64,000 nt of DNA from Ginglymostoma cirratum (lineage: Eukaryota): positions 124,001-188,000 of the forward strand of contig JAHRHZ010000110.1 in the NCBI GenBank assembly GCA_024137785.1, in the 5' to 3' direction. Positions 61,294 through 64,000 of this stretch are shown here, piece after piece; the first letter of the stretch is position 1; each line of letters begins with the position of its first letter. The position numbers and the translations under genes are program-made. The notes under the pieces were generated by a model. The model saw nothing but the letters and a program-made list of their open reading frames with translations, did no database searches and was not told the origin of the DNA.

Positions 61294-61583
61294 TGCTCAG
61301 TGTGGGGACATTTGAGTGCTCCTCTGTCGGTATCAAGTGGAGGATGATTGAAATGTCGATTGAACTGCTCCTTCAGTCAGTATCGGACCAGTTGGCCAGA
61401 TTGATCCAATTGCAACAAACCGCTCCCCACCATCTTCTCAGAGGCAAATGGGGCGTTGTAATAAGTGTTGAAGTATTGGCGTCTTGGGGAAGAATTTTAA
61501 AAAAGAGGCTGGAAGTTTCTTCACGCTGATAAAATTGATAAATGTTCTTCGGTTTACTGTTAACATGGTCATGGCTATTTTGC

Positions 61584-61664
61584 TGCTTCAATTTTGAGTG
61601 GTCAAAGTTGCTGGAATTAAGCTCCATTATTTAATGAGGTGTGGGTTCAAATCCCACTGAAACG
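61584..61664 (+). pseudogene. tRNA-Leu pseudogene
   Basis: gagtggtcaaagttgctggaattaagctcca...gaggtgtgggttcaaatcccact; B-box intact. Confidence 0.78.
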
Positions 61665-62124
61665 TGTATGACTTGTGATGTACCCGAGGAGGAAGCTGGG
61701 AAAGGTCAATTTTGTAACGTCTACTTTTCCTCTGAGTGTTTATAGCTCCTCGGTACTCTGACAGTTTCGGAGATGAAAGCAGTAAAATGGGCAACAGGTA
61801 CTGAAAACAGTGAGTGCTCCAGCTGTTCAGTGCCTCCTCAGCTCTTCGCCTGGGGACTTTGCATTCCATTTTGGCGCCAGTTTCTGTGTCTCCATTGGCC
61901 AATGGCTGAAATAGCAGTGGCTCAAGACCACCCAGGGAAACTACCTTGTTTCAGATTGAACAATTATACCAAACACGTACTTACATTTCACCCACGAGAA
62001 CTCCATGATGAGTTTGGATTTAAACAGCACCATCAATGAGTCACCTCGACTCCACTCGGAGTGGGACTGGGAGAGGGAAAAGTAGCAGGTTATGACACTG
62101 TATCCTCCAATCAGAGAGTGTTGT

Positions 62125-62296
62125 GGCCCTTTGATTTTTACTAATAAATTTTGTGTCTGACACCTCTTTCACTAACAACTGATGAAGAAGTGAGGCTCCG
62201 AAAGCTTATGTTTTCAAATAAACCTGTTGGACTATGACCTGGTATCGTGTGATTTCTGACTTTGTCCGCTCCAGTCCAACACCAGCGCTTCGACAT
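62125..62296 (+). mobile_element. Short Penelope-derived repeat with hammerhead core
   Basis: ctgatgaagaagtgaggctccgaaagctt...aaataaacctgttggactatgacctgg. Confidence 0.75.
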
Positions 62297-62420
62297 TCGG
62301 GGATTTAGCACAGTTTGTTGAAGTTCGTTTCTGTGGGTCAATGGATGATCATGACGATGTAAGTTGAAAAAGACCATATGCTCCAGACGAACTCTGCTCA
62401 CATTTATCGAAAAGTTGGAA

Positions 62421-62492
62421 AATCACAACTTGTTCAGATAATGAGGGGACAGCGCTGTGAAGTGGATGTAATGACCACTACACCGCAGAAAC
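62421..62492 (-). pseudogene. tRNA-Val pseudogene
   Basis: gatgtaatgaccactacaccgcagaaac; paralog of 34191. Confidence 0.72.
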
Positions 62493-63389
62493 ACAGCGGG
62501 CCCACTGACACTATTTTTAACACTGTCTTGCTCTATTATGCACAGGCCATCCAGTCATCGATTACATTGCAGTTTCTAATGCATGAGACCCTCTCTCAGT
62601 GGACACCTATGCCCGCAGTGTTGTGTCTGTAGTTTGCTGATTCACCGAGTGGCCGTGAGTTCATTTCTTTCTGGAGCCTGCGAGAATTTTCCCAGCTGCT
62701 GCATCCAATATCCAAAGGAACTATTTAAGTGTCGTTTGAAATTATTTCTGATGCGATAGTTTTAACACCACCTTATCATTTCCTCCACCAGCCAGAAATG
62801 CTTTTGAAATACCACACTCGTGGTTGTCCTGCCAGGTGTTTGAGAGAGGTCTTTCGGAAGCAGCTGATGTTCCAGTTTGGCAGGAAGAATGAGGTGGAGC
62901 AGTAAAAATTGCGGAGTGCGGAGGAAACAATGAGGGAGTAACACGGACAGGGAAGCGGCCGAATGATTCCTATCTTTACTGTAAACAGAGTCTGATTTTA
63001 AAGTCTGAAATTGAACGATATAAGACAGGTGGGTGAAATCCTTGATTTCTGGGGGTTGGTCTCTTCTGACGCCTCTGTCACTTTTAGGGGAATGTGTCTG
63101 ATTGCTTCTATTTGTGGGTCAAAATGAGGTTCATTTCCCCGACGGGGACATGAACACAGTTTTACCGTCTCAAACTTCAGTCCCATTTATTGTAACCTTT
63201 GAGATTAAAACGTCACAGGGAGAATATTATTGAGATGAACACTTGAAACGTCAGAGCATACAAGGCTACAGGCCCGGTGCTGGAAAAGGGGATTGGTGGA
63301 CCGATAAAAAATTCAACGATGCGATCATTTTGGAAGAGAAAAGTCAAAATCCGCATCATTAAGAAACAATTCACGTGCTTCTGCCCTCA

Positions 63390-63461
63390 TCTCTAGTGGT
63401 CTGGTGGTTAGGATTTGGCAATTTCACCTCCGCGTCCTGGGTGTGATTCCCGGTCAGGGAA
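63390..63461 (+). pseudogene. tRNA-Glu(TTC) pseudogene
   Basis: tctctagtggtctggtggttaggatttggcaatttcacctccgcgtcctgggtgtgattcccggtcagggaa; B-box mutated as in 33209. Confidence 0.88.
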
Positions 63462-63953
63462 TCAGGATTGATTGATCCTGACAGGGACAATAGCAAAGGT
63501 AAAGCAGTTCTGAAGGGAATCCTTTCAATGTCACGGATAAGTTCATGTCCCCGAGAACATGAGAGTCAATGCCCCAGCCTCTTAAAGATAGGAATGGTGC
63601 CTGAACTCTTTCTGTTCAGTCAGACAGTTCACCCTTCATTCTCCTCTGATTTCAGGTCCCAAAGAGATTCTAAAGTTTCTTCAAGCTGCGGCTGGGCGAT
63701 TTGTTTTGTTTCTTTACTTTTGCCAGGAGCTGCAGTGAATGGGTCAGTGGGTTTGGGAAACCAAAAGGGAGGCATAAGCAGCTTATGGGACAATTTCAGC
63801 TTCCCCTACTCTGAAGAGGCTGGAACATTTGTGACTTTCACTAACAGGAGATAGTGAAAGGGTTCTCGTTCCTGCAGAAAGTCAAAAGTTTCCTTGGCTT
63901 CAGAGCAGGGAGAAAGATGAGTTGGAAGGTGAAATAAATTTCTGCACCAAGCT

Positions 63954-64000
63954 CGAGCCAGGTAGGCTCTACATTCGCTTGACTTGTAGTTAGGCATGTC
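63954..64000 (-). pseudogene. tRNA-Arg(ACG-type) remnant cut by the window edge
   Basis: cgagccagg...tgacttgtagttaggcatgt; mirror position of Arg at 32645. Confidence 0.55.

Larger units (their letters stand above)
57320..64000 (-). repeat. Right arm of ~6.7-kb inverted segmental duplication (partner 32645-39425), runs off the window
   Basis: atttattgtaacctttgagattaaaacgtcacaggg (about 63185) is the reverse complement of ccctgtgacgttttaatctcaaaggttacaataaat (about 33456); colinear throughout. Confidence 0.92.

Noticed and set aside
1-64000. The many 60-177 aa ORFs in the supplied track as host genes
   Set aside because: Those I can recognise are CR1, Penelope or SINE fragments; the rest show no domain motifs or consistent exon structure, and paralogous cassette copies do not preserve reading frames.

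Overview
Eukaryotic, non-coding DNA. The HE1-type SINEs, CR1 LINEs and Penelope-like elements point to a cartilaginous fish, probably a shark (inference). I found no credible host protein-coding gene; the recognisable ORFs are CR1 or Penelope fragments. The main feature is a dense tRNA-gene graveyard: about 47 tRNA-derived sequences of about 14 isotypes (Trp, Ser, iMet, His, Ile, Asp, Leu, Lys, Glu, Arg, Thr, Val, Asn, Pro). Essentially all are damaged, and they sit in isotype-specific flanking cassettes that were duplicated repeatedly, mostly as inversions. Two roughly concentric inverted duplications are centred near 47.6-48.4 kb (32.6-39.4 kb vs 57.3-64 kb; 45.2-46.7 kb vs 48.6-50.1 kb). 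Other notable signals: three tRNA-Pro copies that all carry extra sequence at the canonical 37/38 intron site, several anticodon-switched tRNA bodies, and many minimal hammerhead-ribozyme cores in Penelope-derived repeats. All alignments were done by eye against recalled vertebrate consensus sequences, so coordinates are approximate (a few nt for tRNAs, tens of nt for repeats).
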